Source of the DNA: Vitrella brassicaformis CCMP3155
Lineage: Eukaryota; Protista; Chromerida
Direction: 5' to 3'
DNA: 46,760 bases
Assembly: GCA_001179505.1 (NCBI GenBank)
Contig: CDMY01000588.1
Coordinates: 1 to 46,760 of the forward strand
Shown here: piece by piece, positions 23,860-37,165 of the stretch
Layout of the letters: every line of letters begins with the position of its first letter
How positions within the stretch are numbered: the stretch's first letter is position 1
The notes under the pieces: model-generated
Databases searched by the model: none
The model's input: the letters and a program-made list of their open reading frames with translations, nothing else
What the model was told of the DNA's origin: nothing
Made by a program: the position numbers and the translations under genes

Positions 23860-25250
23860 CTACTCTGATATCGTATGGGTATTGGGGTGTCTTCCTTTGT
23901 GCTGCCTGAGAGCAAGGATCCTGCCAGTGAATGTACTACCCACTGTCCCATAGAAGTAGTCTGCGAGCGCTGCAGCCTCCTGCTCCACCGCAATTCTCTG
24001 TATTCTGTTCCCGCATACATTCAATACATCCCTCGTGCAGCCGTACATAGCGTGAGGAAACGCTCTTTGCATCATCGACAAATCCTTGCGCTCAGCGTCG
24101 GTGAGGATGAGAAGTCTGCTGATGTTCCGCCTTGACACTATCGTCCTGATCTGATCGACAAATCCGCCAATGGTCCGGCCGCCGAACTTTTGCCGAAAAT
24201 CATCATCCCCGTAGCGAATGTGGCAGGCAAGAATATCCCCGTCCGCCCCCCATGAGGGCACGAGCTTCAGCAGTTCAATTGCCGCACCCGTCACCCAGCT
24301 TCGAAAGGGCAACGCGAGCTCGGTTGGATAATAGACATCGAGCTTGCCTCTGAAGCTGAACTTGGCAGACACTCCCAAGACATCGTCGTCTCGTGTCCAC
24401 AGCTCTCGAAGCTGCTTGTCGGAGCTGACGATGGTGGCTTTTGGGATGTAGTGCCACAGAGGCTGCTCGTCGGGCTCTGTTGTCATGGGAACACCGATCA
24501 CATCTCGTGTCTCCAGCCGTTTGTACACAGCCTTGCAGTCTCTGCAGAACAAACGAGCATGGAACCTGAGAAATAAAGCAAAGTCAATCCAAAAAAAGTG
24601 AGAAGCTAGGTTGCTAAGATTGTTACCAGGGACGGACTGTGCAATCCGTCCAGAATCGCTCATGTCCGTACTTCATAGGGAAGACGTTGTCAAGCCACTC
24701 TTGAAGCTGTGGATCAATGATTGATTGAAACGTACAAGATTTGCCGCTTCTCGAGGCCCTGCTGTGGATGCTATTGAGGTCCAGGATCTGCAACCACGTC
24801 AGATCGTGTGCGCTGACGCCCCTCGCGCCAATCGGCGGCACAAGCAGGATTCTCCTGCTTATGTACGCCACACTCAACCTGAATGCACAAAAGACATGAT
24901 GACCGAGGGAGATGCTGATCATACGTCCACTCAACATTTTCGCCAACTGAACCTGCAGGCCAAATGAAGATAAAGCCCGCTTTTCGTTGAGGCTCTCACG
25001 GTGTCTCACCAGATTGTTTGAGAGCTGTCCGTAGCTCTCGTAACATGCTGCACCTCGCAGCGTTTCGTTGACATGGATGCTTTGTTTTGGTACATCTTTG
25101 CTGCGAGTTTGTTGGTTCGAGATGAATCGGAAGGCCGACCACTCAAGGATGTCTCTTATGACACTTCTTCCGGGTATCGTCAGCATCATGCTAAAAACGA
25201 CGACTGCGACAAAAGGTACCGCGAGAAGAGCCGCGTGTAGGATCATTGTG
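23860..25250 (-). CDS. GDP-fucose O-fucosyltransferase-like (O-FucT, GT-B fold) type II membrane protein
   Basis: TM anchor MILHAALLAVPFVAVVVF, YGQLSNNL...VAYISRRILLVPP, ILACHIRYGD, LLILTD, AVEQEAAALADYFYGTVGSTFTGRILALR. The exon junction at about 24540-24670 is unresolved. Confidence 0.8.
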
Positions 25251-26366
25251 GTGTGTTCTTTCCCCGTGTAATGGAGCCGACCCAGGAGGCAGTTTTTTTT
25301 TTCTTTTTCGCAATGTCTCTCCCACATCTCTCCCACCATTCGTTGTCTGCTCCTTTTCATCCCCTGACCTGAAAGTGTCTCTTTACCCCTATCTGTCCAC
25401 CGTCAGCTCCCATCAACCCCCCCATCTCTTTTGACAACCCCATTGGGCTGCTACAAGCACCCACCACAGCGGCAGCCGCACGAGGAGGCCTTCCCTCCCT
25501 GTCGATTTGCTGAACTTCTCCCTCTCGAGTCTGCGGCCGTATCGGCGTCTGCCTCTTCGGCGCTGGGAACGGTCGGCTCATCTTCATTTATGCAGCGTAG
25601 CAGTGTCACCAAGAAGGTGCACAAAAATTTGTCGTCTCGTTTCCATCGTCTCCAGGGATGTCGTGGAAGGATGATTGACGTTTGTTCGTCACTTTGCCGC
25701 AATTCGTTTATGCACAAGAATTAATCACAAAGGGAAGGGGTTCGATTGGTCGAGTCCGTAGTACTTGGGGTCCCACATAGGTGATACATCCATCCATCCC
25801 CTCTAGTAGTGACGAGAAGTTTCCTTGTCTCCTCTCCCTGCTCTCTCCATCGCCCGCCAGCTAGCAGCAAAGCAGATGTGAATCGATCGACCGAGCCAGC
25901 AAGCAAGCAAAAGCATCGACGATCCACATATACGCCACGCAACACACAGTAAAGCAGAAGCGCGCGCCTCACACACGCCCACGCAGACACACACACAGAA
26001 CCAGCTGCACACATACACACGCACACACGGGGAGAGAGAGATATCAGCACGCCGCCATATACAACAAACAACAGAGGTTACATTAGCTGTACCCACCCAC
26101 GCAGTGGCACTATGTAGTGGTCGTGGGGTGGGGTGGTACGGGCACGCAAATGGCTGCTGGTGAGTCGCTTGGTTGGCCGGTCGGTCGGTCGATGGCTGGC
26201 TGGATGGGTCGGTCAGCTGGCTGCACGCATCGATCAACCAAATGGCTGACCGACCGACGTACGGACCGACCAGCCAGCTGGCTACACGTCAACAACGAAC
26301 CGACCCCAATACATCCATCTATCTGTCTGTCAGTCTGGCTGTCTGCCTGTCTGTCTGTCTGTCTGT

Positions 26367-29300
26367 CTATCCGTCATCGAAGAGGTCGAAAAAGTCTTCG
26401 TCTTCGTCACCCTGGTACTGTGAGACAATCCAAAACAACGTAAGACATCATCATTACGGGAAAAAAAGAGGTGGCTCTCGTGTGTCACTGGCTGGTTCGC
26501 TGGATCACCTGCAGATGGATATCGTCCTCTTTCACCACCACACCACGAATGCCCTACACACACAGACATACAGAGAAAGAAAGAACAAGAAGGACAAGTA
26601 GGGACACTTCCACATGACGCCCCTTTTCCCACTGCCCGACCCACTGACCCACCGCGAATTTGTCGACGATGTCTGCGATGTCCTTGGGGACGCCCTCATC
26701 TCCCCGATCATCTTCCGCCTCTCCATAGCCCGAGTCCTTGCCCACCCACACCCACACCACCAGCCTGTACCCCGGCCGCTGCTCGCGGCCCTCACCCTCA
26801 CCCTCACTGCCCTCACGCGCACTCGGCAACGGGCTGCGGGGAGTCGGGTTCGTACGCGCCGACCCGGCACTATTGGCGACCCGCTTCTCACGATCTCGAG
26901 TGCTCGAGGGCGGTTCCAGCACCGACGAACCAGTGGCAGCAGCAGCGGGGGGCTCCTCATTGTCGGGCTTGGGTGGTGGGGGAAGGGGGACGTGTTGGCG
27001 CTCGTACTGTGCGAGTATGAAGAGGCCGCGGTCGTCGAGGTCGTCCGAGTCATACATCTCTAGTTCGTGCTCGAGGTCGGGGTGCTTGAAGAGCTGGTTG
27101 GGGGGTAGGCGGGGGGAGGGCGCCATGGACCGGTGGGTGTACTCGCCCCGCGGGGTGGGGTTGCCCCGGAGGCTCACAGACGGGCTGGACACCGAACGAC
27201 TCTGCCGATTCAACTCGTCCAGCACCAGCCGATACGCCTCGTCATTCTGAACCCACACCCACACCCATATGGATGGACACATGGATGGTCATGATGTGAT
27301 GTGATGTGACTGACCTCAGGACGTCTGGTGGGAGGCCACTGGTCGGGTGGCAATCGTGTGGCGGGTGAGACTGTGGTGGGGATGAGTGGAGGCGGGCTGG
27401 TGGCGTCAGCCATGTCGGTGTCGCCGCCCCGGCCGTTGGGCGCCATCCCTGCCTGTGCAGGCTGTGTCTGTGCAGTGGGTGAGAGTAGGTCGAGGTCGAG
27501 TAGGCTCCAGAAGAGGGGACCCTCCTCCCCCTGCACATACTCATGCCCATCGACGCCTGAGACACGGAACCGACCACAGACAAACAGAGGAGAAGACAGC
27601 CAGACAGACAGAGGGGATTGGTGGGTTGGTGTGTGTATGTCTAGGATGGTGCTGGTGATGTGGCCTAGGCCAACACGTACATGGTATGCCCTCGAACAGC
27701 TTGAGGTGTCCCTCGAATTGCCTGACCCCATCCATGGCCTCATCCACATTCGGACACTCTGATCCAACCCACACCACCATCTGCACAACATACACAGTTG
27801 CACCACGAAATATAAGGGACCGTCCACTGCCCTCACAACCGATCGATCACACCTGGCTGCCCCTCAGGATGACAAAGACGAATCTGGGGTCGAGCGCCGC
27901 CACTCCGTGCGCACTGGCGGCCATGGGCTGTGCACAGGAGGACAGTGGGACCGGCCATAGGACCAATGAGGGGTCCTTTGGTCCGTGTGGCGCCACCCTG
28001 AAGACCCTGGCGCGGAAGTCAGCGGTCGATGTGGTGGTGAGCAGCGGCATGGCGGGGGGCGCCTGGGGCGCCAGAGATGTGGACGTGCCTGTGGAGGTGG
28101 AGTTGGTGCCGTTGACTTGGGGAGGTGGCGGGGTCGCCGACGCGCCGTTGGGGTGCCGCTCGTGCAGCTGGGGGTGGGGCGGGGAACCTGAGAGACATGG
28201 GGCCGCAGGTGTTGATTTGCATTGATTTGTCGAGTGAACAGTGAGTGGGGGCATTATTTTCCTGCGTCTTTCGCGCACCTTTGTCGGCGTTGCTGTTGAG
28301 TCGTTTGCCGAGGAGAATGAGCTGGTAAGTGAAGCCCGTATTGGGGTTGCAAATGGGACGGCAATCACGCACCTGATTCATGGCCAAGAAACCTTCATGC
28401 CTTGTTGGGGTGTGAGTTGTATGTTGTGTGTGGCTCACAGCGTTGTATGCCGTCTCGAAGGGCCACTTTCGCCTCCACATCAGATACGCCGTCGCGAGCG
28501 TGGCGGAACGAGACACACCTGAGGGAGACGAACGGAGTGTTGCATGAATCAATGGACAAGCAGTTTTTCCTCGCTTTGCGTGCTGACCCTCTCTGCAGTG
28601 AATGAGGACGCGCCCCCCGCCGTCGATTGCGTCGTGTATCCACTGCATGGTCTTGTAAAACAACACGCTGATCTCCTCGGTCTTGGTGTCCTGATCGTGG
28701 ATGGCCACGCCACACAAGCAAGCAGGTCCATCCCTGCACTTCTCTGTGTGTGTTGTGTGTGTGGGGGAGGGAGGTGTGAGGGTTTGTTTGCCTTGAGGTA
28801 GTAGGTGAGGTATTCGTATTTGTGCGGGAATGGGCTGTCGCACACGTCACCCGCTGAGTTGATGATGTGAGTGATGCCCTCACCATCCAACAACTGCAGT
28901 AGCCCATCCGACACATGAATACAAACAGTCTGCACCTACAATACAGGTCTCTCTGTCTGTGCGCGTTCGGTGCTGGTGTGGCGCTTTGTTGGCTGGCTGG
29001 CTGGCTGACCGCTTCGCTGCTGGCGACTCCGTATCCCGCCACGTACAGCTCTCCAGGGATGATGGGCGAACACTTGGTGCTGACACACACAAAGGCAGGC
29101 AGACGCACATCACGTGGTCGCGTAGACGCTCCACGTGCGTCAGTCAGTCGTGCCAATCATGTTTATCAAATGTACCGGTATTCGTTGAGCAGTCTTCTCT
29201 TCCTCAAGCTATCGGTCTCCTCATACTCCTGTACAAAAAGGAAGACACCGATTCCAAACATGGAGAGAGACCAATTCCCTCACCCCCACTTACATCGGCC

Positions 29301-30945
29301 TCCGTCTCCACCTCAAGCCGCCGTTTCTCAGCCCCACCGTCGCTACGCACGCCACTCTGTGACGACACTACACCACCACCACCACCACCAGCAGCCACAC
29401 CAGCAGCCACAGGAGCGCCGCCCCCACCGCCAATGTTGGGAATGGCCACGGGCGGCACCCGAGGGCTCAGGATCATCCCACTCAACTCAAGGGGCGGCGG
29501 CCGTCTCGCTACCGGAGGCATCGTCGACGAGTCAGCCATACGCGTGCGATGCATTTGCGGGTGGGCCGGGCCCATGCCCGCGTTTTCTTCGCCTGGTGTG
29601 TGGTCCTTGGATATCAGCTGCTGCGGGATGGACAGCTTCGGCACCACCTGCCGGCCCTTCTGCATGCCGGAGGTCAGAGGGGGCACCACTGGCACCCCTG
29701 CTGGCCGTCCTCGGCCTCGAGCAACACCACCACTGGCAGCAGAAGCACCGGCCGGCGGAGCGATGTTGGCCAGACCGAGAGGGGGGATACCGACGCCCCT
29801 GCCCCTTCCGGAAGGCGCAGACCCAGATGGAGCTCCTTTCCTCGCACTCACAGGGGCACGCTCTGCCATGTCGGTGTCCATAATGTCAGCCGACACAGGT
29901 GCAGATGTCTCGTCAGCACGGTGCCGCCCTTGCCGAGATGACCCCTTCCTGCGGCTCACATCACCACCACCACCACCGAGAGAAGCACCGGCAGTGGGCT
30001 GAGCTCCGGCGGGTCTGGGTGATATCTTGGGTTTGACGCCCGTCAGCCCCGCCAGGTTGAGCCGTGGCATCACCGCGGGCACCACAGGCTTCTTCCCGCC
30101 ACCCCGCGTCAGCACCGGGGCTGCCACGTACGGCGCCGCTGGCTCGGCGGCGGGGTGATGCTGATGCTGATGCTCCCCCACCACCAGCGCCTCCTTGTCG
30201 CGGCCAGGCGTCTGGAATGCCGAGCTTGCATCTGAGCTGGTGGCCGACAGGGGCGGGTGGGTGTCGGCTTTGTTGCTGTCTTTGTCGGCGCGTCTCTCGA
30301 GCACTGGCTGCAGGTTGAGGCCGGGTGGCCTGAATGGCACTGAGGGGACGGATGGCGGTGAGACGCAGGGAATGCGGTGTGGGGGGAAGGAGACGGGGAT
30401 GGGCTCCGGCGATGATGCTGGTGGTGGTGGTGGGGTTGGGGGGATCGATGGGCCCCCAGCCACGATACGCGGAGCCGGCTGGGCCGTCACGTCCACATCC
30501 ATCGCCACGCGCTCGTCAGGCGCACCCTTCTGCACACACAGACCAAGGCACGCACAGAGAGAAACTGTCCATCGACGGATGCGCCCATCCATCCGTCCAC
30601 CTATGTCTGTCTGCATGTCAGTTAGTGCATACGTGTGTTTGTGCAGGTGCAGTGGAAGGTGTCAGGTGCACCCCCTGGTCCACCACTGCTACGGCCTGTG
30701 GTGGTCTCTCCATACTATACAGCTCTCTGCCCAGCTCCTCGTACCGCACACACACCTGGCCTGACGCTGGCGGGGGTGGGCCCAGCGACGGACGGGCGAT
30801 GGTGCGATCGGTGTCTAAGGCCACACCCGCCCCACGCCCACTGGTGCACGTCCGCATGGCATCGTCGTCGTCATGGGTGGCGAGGTTGACGGGATGGGGA
30901 GAAGAGAGATTGTGCAGCAACAAATTGCGGGACGCCAGGGCGCCT
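26367..30945 (-). CDS. Dual-specificity (MAP kinase) phosphatase with gelsolin-like C-terminal domains, MKP1-like
   Basis: CSPIIPGELYVAGY, GITHIINSAG, YLTYYLK|DTKTEEI, RVLIHCREG|VSRSAT (intact HCxxGxxR), RPICNPNTGFTYQL. Then RVFRVAPH, LDPRFVFV, VVWVGSEC, VWVWVGKDS and terminal QGDEDEDFFDLFDDG*. Long Pro/Gly-rich N-terminus; start codon uncertain. Confidence 0.85.
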
Positions 30946-31024
30946 GAATGAACGATGCATGCACCGATACATAAATGCTTTGTTGCAGCCATGACATGAT
31001 GGATGGATGGATGGATGACGTGTT

Positions 31025-32500
31025 TTATCGGCTGTATGCTGGCTGACCATATGTGGTATGGAGGGGTGTAACCGATGCGGCGTCGGGCGATGGCGGAAGG
31101 AGGACAAAGGATGCGGCGAAGTCGCACCAGTACCTGACGAACGAACCAAAACAGAAGAGCAGAAATGGACACCTGGCATCACGCCCGTGTTCGTGAGTAC
31201 CGTACCTCTTGAAGAGTCCCCAATCTACGAGCACCTGCTGCAGCTTCATGGCCAGGAAATCACCATGACACTGCACCCACACCGCCCACCAACACAGACA
31301 TACAGACCATGACAGACACCATAGAGAAAGAGAGAGAGAGAGCCTGAGACCGATCAATGGATAAGTGACAGCGATGCTGACTGACCTCGACTTGGACGGG
31401 TGCGTGTGTGCCGATCCACGAGAAGCAGTCACACCGGATCACACGCGACACGGATGTTGGCGCGCTGCAAGATGAAGCGGGAGATGGGGAGGGGGAGGGA
31501 CGCGAATACGGACTATCGCTATGCTGCCACGCCCACAACTGACCACACAAGCACCCACACAAGAGCCATGCATATCTCCCTCCCTCCCTTCCTCCCTCCC
31601 TCCCTCCCTTCCTCCCTCCCTCCCTCCCTTCCTCCCTCCCTCCTGGTGAATTCCCTGACATTGGTCTCGCTCTCCTCGAGCACTCTAGCCAGGTCGCCTC
31701 CGACGCCACACGCCGCACCAGCACCGCTGACCCCCCTCCTCTGCCCGCTCGCCTCGCACCGAATGTGCAGGATGGTGTAGACCTCCTTACTGTCCAAACA
31801 GGGGGTCGCGAATGCGGTGCGGTCGGGGGACAGCAGCGGGATGGGCTCGTCATGGACGCGCCGGGAGGACGATTCCGGGGCTGAAGGGTCCACCACCTCC
31901 TTGACACGCCACACCTGGCCAACGCACACGACACAGGCAAAAGGGAGGGCACATCACATCACATCACAGGCTGCCTGGCTGGCGGGCTGCATGCACGCGG
32001 CCACCAGGCATCATCCATCCTGTGTCCTGTCTGCACTGCACTGCACTGCTCAAATTGCAATCATACAAAAGGCAAAAGGAAACAGTGTGATTACCTGCAG
32101 GTAGTCAGTCGGTTCAGTCGGGAAGGCCACGTCAGCGTCGGCGATGGGCGGTTTGCGCCTGCCGCCCTCCAAATGCTCCGCCAGGCTGCACAGAGCCGTA
32201 CCCGACACGTCAACTAACAGACGGCGGCTGAGCTGCCCTCCCATACTCAACCAAGTAACACCACTATCAAATGACGCACTATCGCAGCGCTCTCTTAGCC
32301 TCGCAGAGCACCCACATTGGGCGCGGACTGTTCAGGGTCAAATCAAGCTCTTTTGGGCACCAACGCTCGTCGGGCCCTCTCTGCCGATGACTCCCACAGG
32401 ACGGCTGCCGTTTTCGTGAGGGAGAGGAGAAGCCTGCGAGCTTTTGCGAGCTTGTGTGAAACGAAAGAAGCTCTGCGCGTGTCTCCGAGGGCGTGCGCGA
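31025..32500 (-). CDS. Hypothetical multi-exon protein
   Basis: Protein-like exons bounded by GT/AG (PTEPTDYLQ|VWRVKEVVDP...SKEVYTILHIRCE; DFLAMKLQQVLVDWGLFK|RYWCDF). No family recognised. Confidence 0.35.
31575..31644. repeat. Intronic polypyrimidine/polypurine microsatellite, about 3.5 units of CCTCCCTCCCTCCCTCCCTT
   Basis: Directly visible tandem array. Confidence 0.9.
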
Positions 32501-33141
32501 CACTGCGGAGTGGACCCCAGCAGTTTTTGAGCGGATCTGTCTGGTGCCGCTTCTCCTTGCGCGTCTCTCGCGAGTGGTCCCGGCTGTCAGGTCCTCTGAA
32601 GGAGAGCCTACTGCCGCATAGCCTGCGAAGATGTCGTTCGTCTACTCGTGGCTGGGCGTCACGCCCCGCAGACGGTTCGGTGCCAAGTTCAAGTGACCCT
32701 CACGAAGGGGACCGAGACACCAAGACACTGAAGAGACGACCCGACTGCTGCTGTGCTGTGCTGCCTGTCCGCTTCCCCTTTGGTGATTTTGCCCGTCCAC
32801 CCCCCACGCAAGCCACCTACCCACCCACCCAGCTGTATATATCATCCATCCATCGTCCACGTCACACCGACCGGCCTTATTGCTCATGTATCTCATCATG
32901 GAGTGACGCCATCAATCCATCGCCCGGCGACGCAGCGCGGCTCGGCGCGGCTTGCTAGGCACCGACCTTTCATACCGATCGACATTACCAACTCATTTCT
33001 GTATCCGGCGACGAGACGAGGCGGATAAGAGGGGGATTTTGACAACCAGAGAGGAGAGTGACCAGCGTGACGGCCAAATCGCTGTTGAACCGCCCGGCAG
33101 TGACTGTACAGGGGTCGACAAAAGAGGAGAGCCGACAATCG

Positions 33142-34787
33142 ATGGCTGTCCGTGTGTCGTCGCGTGTGCTGCTGGGCGTGGTGGGGCTGGCGGCTGCGGC
33201 AGTGATGCTCGTGGCCGCTGCGGCGCCGGTTGTCATGAGGGAGAGGAGAGGAGAGGGCGCGGGGGCGGGCATTGGGGGCGTTTTGGGGTGGTACGTGACT
33301 GGCGTGGGCGGTTTTCTGTGGTCGATTCTCGTGCTGCTTAACAAGTATTTGACGGCGGCGCCACTGCTGGCAAACGCCATGACCGCCGCGCTCTTCTGCT
33401 GGCTGGTACTCACGAAATGCATCCACGAAGTCCGTCGATGGATGCGATGCATACGTCTGTCTGTCTGTCTCTGTGTATGTGTTGTGCAGGGTGACCTGAT
33501 AGGTCAGTACATTGGTGGCCGCAGGCGCGACCAGCTGACGGCGGAGACTGTGGTGAAGATACAGCTCCGAGGACGACCGCGACCCTATGCCTACGACGTG
33601 CGCAAAGCGCTCATATTCACCGCCGCTGGGGCGACATCAGGTACGAAACCACACCCGTTTCCCATAGATCGGCTCACGTTCGCGTTCTTCGATGTTTTTG
33701 TTCAGGTGTGTTCAACTGGGTCAAGTTCGCGATGCTGGAGAGGGTGATAGGTTCGTCGACAGTGTGGCAGATCGCGGCCTCGGTGGCGTGCGACCAGCTC
33801 ATCTGCGCGCCACTCGCCAACTGGTACACTGACGACTGACACACAGAAGGATACGTTCCCATATACGTTTCCATGTACGTTCCCATATGGTCCATGTATG
33901 CATGTATCGCCATGTGTGGTGGTTGGCTCTGTCGATCCGATGCACCTTGGTTTGTTCAGGACCTTTCTGGTGTGGTGCGCCATATGGGAGAGGGCTGGTG
34001 GCGGGGGCGTGACTAGGCGTATCGTGACGGCGGTTACAAGGGCGACGTTCGATGTAGCGCCGCTGACGTGGTCCTCGCTCAAAGTGTGGCCCGCGGTAAG
34101 CAGCCGCGATGGAAGCAGAAAAGAGACGTGTTCAAGGTGCTTGTTATTTGCATATGCTCAGGTTGTGGCGATGAATCTGTGGCTGGTGCCCGTTGACCTC
34201 CGTGTGCTCTTCATCAGCTGCGTCGTCATCCTCTGGAACGTCTTCCTGTCACTCAGGTACCTACACACCAGCCCAGCCAATACACTCACAGCCTAGCGTC
34301 TCCTCTGTTGTCATTTTGTATCGTCTCGTGCAGGTCCTCATCTGCCGCACCGGCATCCCCCCACCCCCCAGCCGTCATCACCGTCACACCCTTCACCACG
34401 AGTGGCGACCAACACCCACTCTGCTGCACACAGGGAGACCTGGAGGAAGGCCTGCTCATGAGCCTGCCATGCGGCTCCAGCGCCAGCACCATCCTGCCTC
34501 CCAGCACGGCGTCATTCTTCAGCAGCAACAGCAGTGTTTACAGTGACACCGACGAGAGCACAACCGAGTGCGGCAGCCCCCTGCCCCTTGACAACCTGAC
34601 GTGCCCCTATGGCCTGATGATGCCCGACGATGCTCCTCGGGGTGAAGAGATCCGCACGGTGGCCAGGGGCGTTTGTGACGCTGGCGGTGCTGCTGCTGGT
34701 GCTATTGGAGGTGGCGGGTTGCTGTCTCCCACGGTCAGTGTGTCGACCAGATTCCCCTCTGTGGACGGGTATCTGTCAAGCGAATGA
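33142..34787 (+). CDS. Mpv17/PMP22-family membrane protein with a Ser-rich C-terminal extension
   Basis: YLTAAPLLANAMT, GDLIGQ, DQLICAP, SSLKVWPAV, NLWLVPVDLRVLFISCVVILWNVFLS, in family order across 4-5 introns. The last exon ends GYLSSE*. Confidence 0.85.
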
Positions 34788-34809
34788 ACGGATGAATGAC
34801 GTGACGGGG

Positions 34810-35109
34810 NNNNNNNNNNNNNNNNNNNNNNNNNNNNNNNNNNNNNNNNNNNNNNNNNNNNNNNNNNNNNNNNNNNNNNNNNNNNNNNNNNNNNNNNNNN
34901 NNNNNNNNNNNNNNNNNNNNNNNNNNNNNNNNNNNNNNNNNNNNNNNNNNNNNNNNNNNNNNNNNNNNNNNNNNNNNNNNNNNNNNNNNNNNNNNNNNNN
35001 NNNNNNNNNNNNNNNNNNNNNNNNNNNNNNNNNNNNNNNNNNNNNNNNNNNNNNNNNNNNNNNNNNNNNNNNNNNNNNNNNNNNNNNNNNNNNNNNNNNN
35101 NNNNNNNNN
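34810..35109. other. Assembly gap (300 N) flanked by G runs
   Basis: Run of N. Confidence 1.
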
Positions 35110-37165
35110 GGGGGGGGGGGGGGGCGAACCAGCGAGCCAGCAATTCGAATGACGAGACCTGTCTGCGTGCCTGCCTACCGGCTTCCCTGCATGCATTTGT
35201 TGAGCAGCACCCACGGGGAAGCATGTCTGTTTCTGTGGGAGGACTCTGTGTCTGTCTGTCTATGCTTTTATTTGTGTGGCTGTGTCGTTTTTGCGTGGTG
35301 TCATTGATGCGTACCTGTGTGCAGACCGGGGTTTTTCAACAGGTTGCCTGCTGTCTGTCTGTCTGTCTAATGCTGTTTTGCCTGTGCGTCCGCCCGCCCG
35401 CCCCCGAGCTGTCTGTCTGCCTAGCTGCGTGCCTCTGCCTGGGTGGATGTAATGTACACAGAGAGGAGTGGAGTGGAGTGCATGTTGTGTGCTGTCTTGT
35501 GTGTGTGGTAGAGGGCCATCCCTCCGGTGTACATCCATCCATGATCCATCCATCCATACATGTCAGTCTGTTCGCAGGTGGGTGCGTGCGCGTGTCGTGT
35601 CGTGCATGTCATGTGTGTAAATGATGGACACTCATCCATCCATCCGTCCCAATGAGTGATGAATGACCGGCTGAGAGTCTGTCTGTCTGTGATATTGATG
35701 GATCGGTTCAATGAGAATGAGAAGTCCTTTCCCGAGCTAGTGTGTATTGGTGATTGCACAAGGTTGCAATGAGACGTGAGGCGGTGGCTCGCCTTGCGGC
35801 CTCACAGATGTCCCGAGTCCACACACACGAAGGGATACATACCGATCGATCAGCGACAAACGCGAGGTGAAAAATCATGCCGTGACACAAATGATGAGCC
35901 GAGTATGACGTGACGGTCGTGTGTAGCCTTACAGTGCCAGTACACCAGTATACCTTCCTGGCTGCTCAATCAGTCAGACTAACTGCTCGGGCGTATGTGG
36001 CCCTCTCCGCCCCACAAGCCACACAGCGCTGCTATGTCTGCATGAATGGCTAAGCGACGGACGAAAGTAACGTGAAGGAATCTTGTTGCATACTATGGTC
36101 CACAAGATCATGCACTGTTTGTCTCAGGTCCCCACACCTGCGCGTGGAAGAACGAGTAGTGCTAAGAGTGAGTGCCCATTGTGCAGCTGTGAAGGGGCTG
36201 ATGACCTCATGTGAGTGAGAGGTGACGGATAGATGGATGGACAGACGAGTAGAAAAACACCTGCGGATGTAACTTGATGTAAGTTGCTGCAAGTATCACA
36301 ATAAGATTACAATTTATGAGTGGTTCATGTCTCCATCGGTGTGTCTCCTCTTTCTGCTGTCGCCATGCAGCTACTCGCCAGGCAGTGACAACACGTCTGT
36401 CACCGAACGGAAGTATTGCCAACGGACAGCTCGTCTTCACGTCGGTTGAGGCCATCTCTCCTTCGACAACTACATTACAGCACACCCCCCGCACCCCGGA
36501 TACCTCTCTTCCTTCCTTGACTTCGCCTTCATCCACAGCCGCGCGTAAACCTCTGTCTCAGGCGAATCCACCATCCTGTGACCAACCGGTGAGGCACTCC
36601 TTTGATCTGGACTGTGTGCATGAGCGGCCTTCTGATCAGATATGTATGGGTACAAGGGAGGCGCGACCGGATCTGTCATTGCTGAGAACGCACCATCAAT
36701 CAGTGGGCAACTTACATTTTGGGCCATTCAGCAGTCTGATCAATACAAGGAAGAGGCGTAGATACTAGCGATTGGATATATGTTTTGGTGACTGGAATCT
36801 GTGAGAGTAAGCGTTATGTAGGTGGCCATGTGCATGCTTTTAGAGGCGCTGGCTTTTGGGAGTGCAGGCTTATGGGTGTGGACATTTATGCATTCGTACG
36901 ACGCTTCAACCACTGGTGTGTAGTACATGTTTTGTGCTCTTTCGTGATGATAGGCCGTGTCTCATGGGCATTGGTTTTCCCTGTAAGGCCCTCATGAAAA
37001 CACGCACCCGATATAGAAAACAATCTCATTGGGGAAAGAAACGAAAAACAGTTGCACTGGGGGCGAGGGAAAGAAAAAAAAAGAGGAAAAAAGCTCTCTT
37101 TTCCCTCTCCTGATTGATTCCTCTGTCGATCACTGTCTCTTGAAAAAGGTGCTTCTTCGGAGTAC

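Noticed and set aside
28915-30764. Long plus-strand ORFs (322, 347 and 189 aa)
   Set aside because: Antisense shadows of the GC-rich, low-complexity exon of the phosphatase gene.
34607-35307. ORFs spanning 34.6-35.3 kb and the poly-G run
   Set aside because: Artefacts of reading through the 300-N gap.
36200-36930. Short minus-strand ORFs (for example VEGEMASTDVKTSCPLAILPFGDRR)
   Set aside because: No coherent exon chain or recognisable motif could be built.
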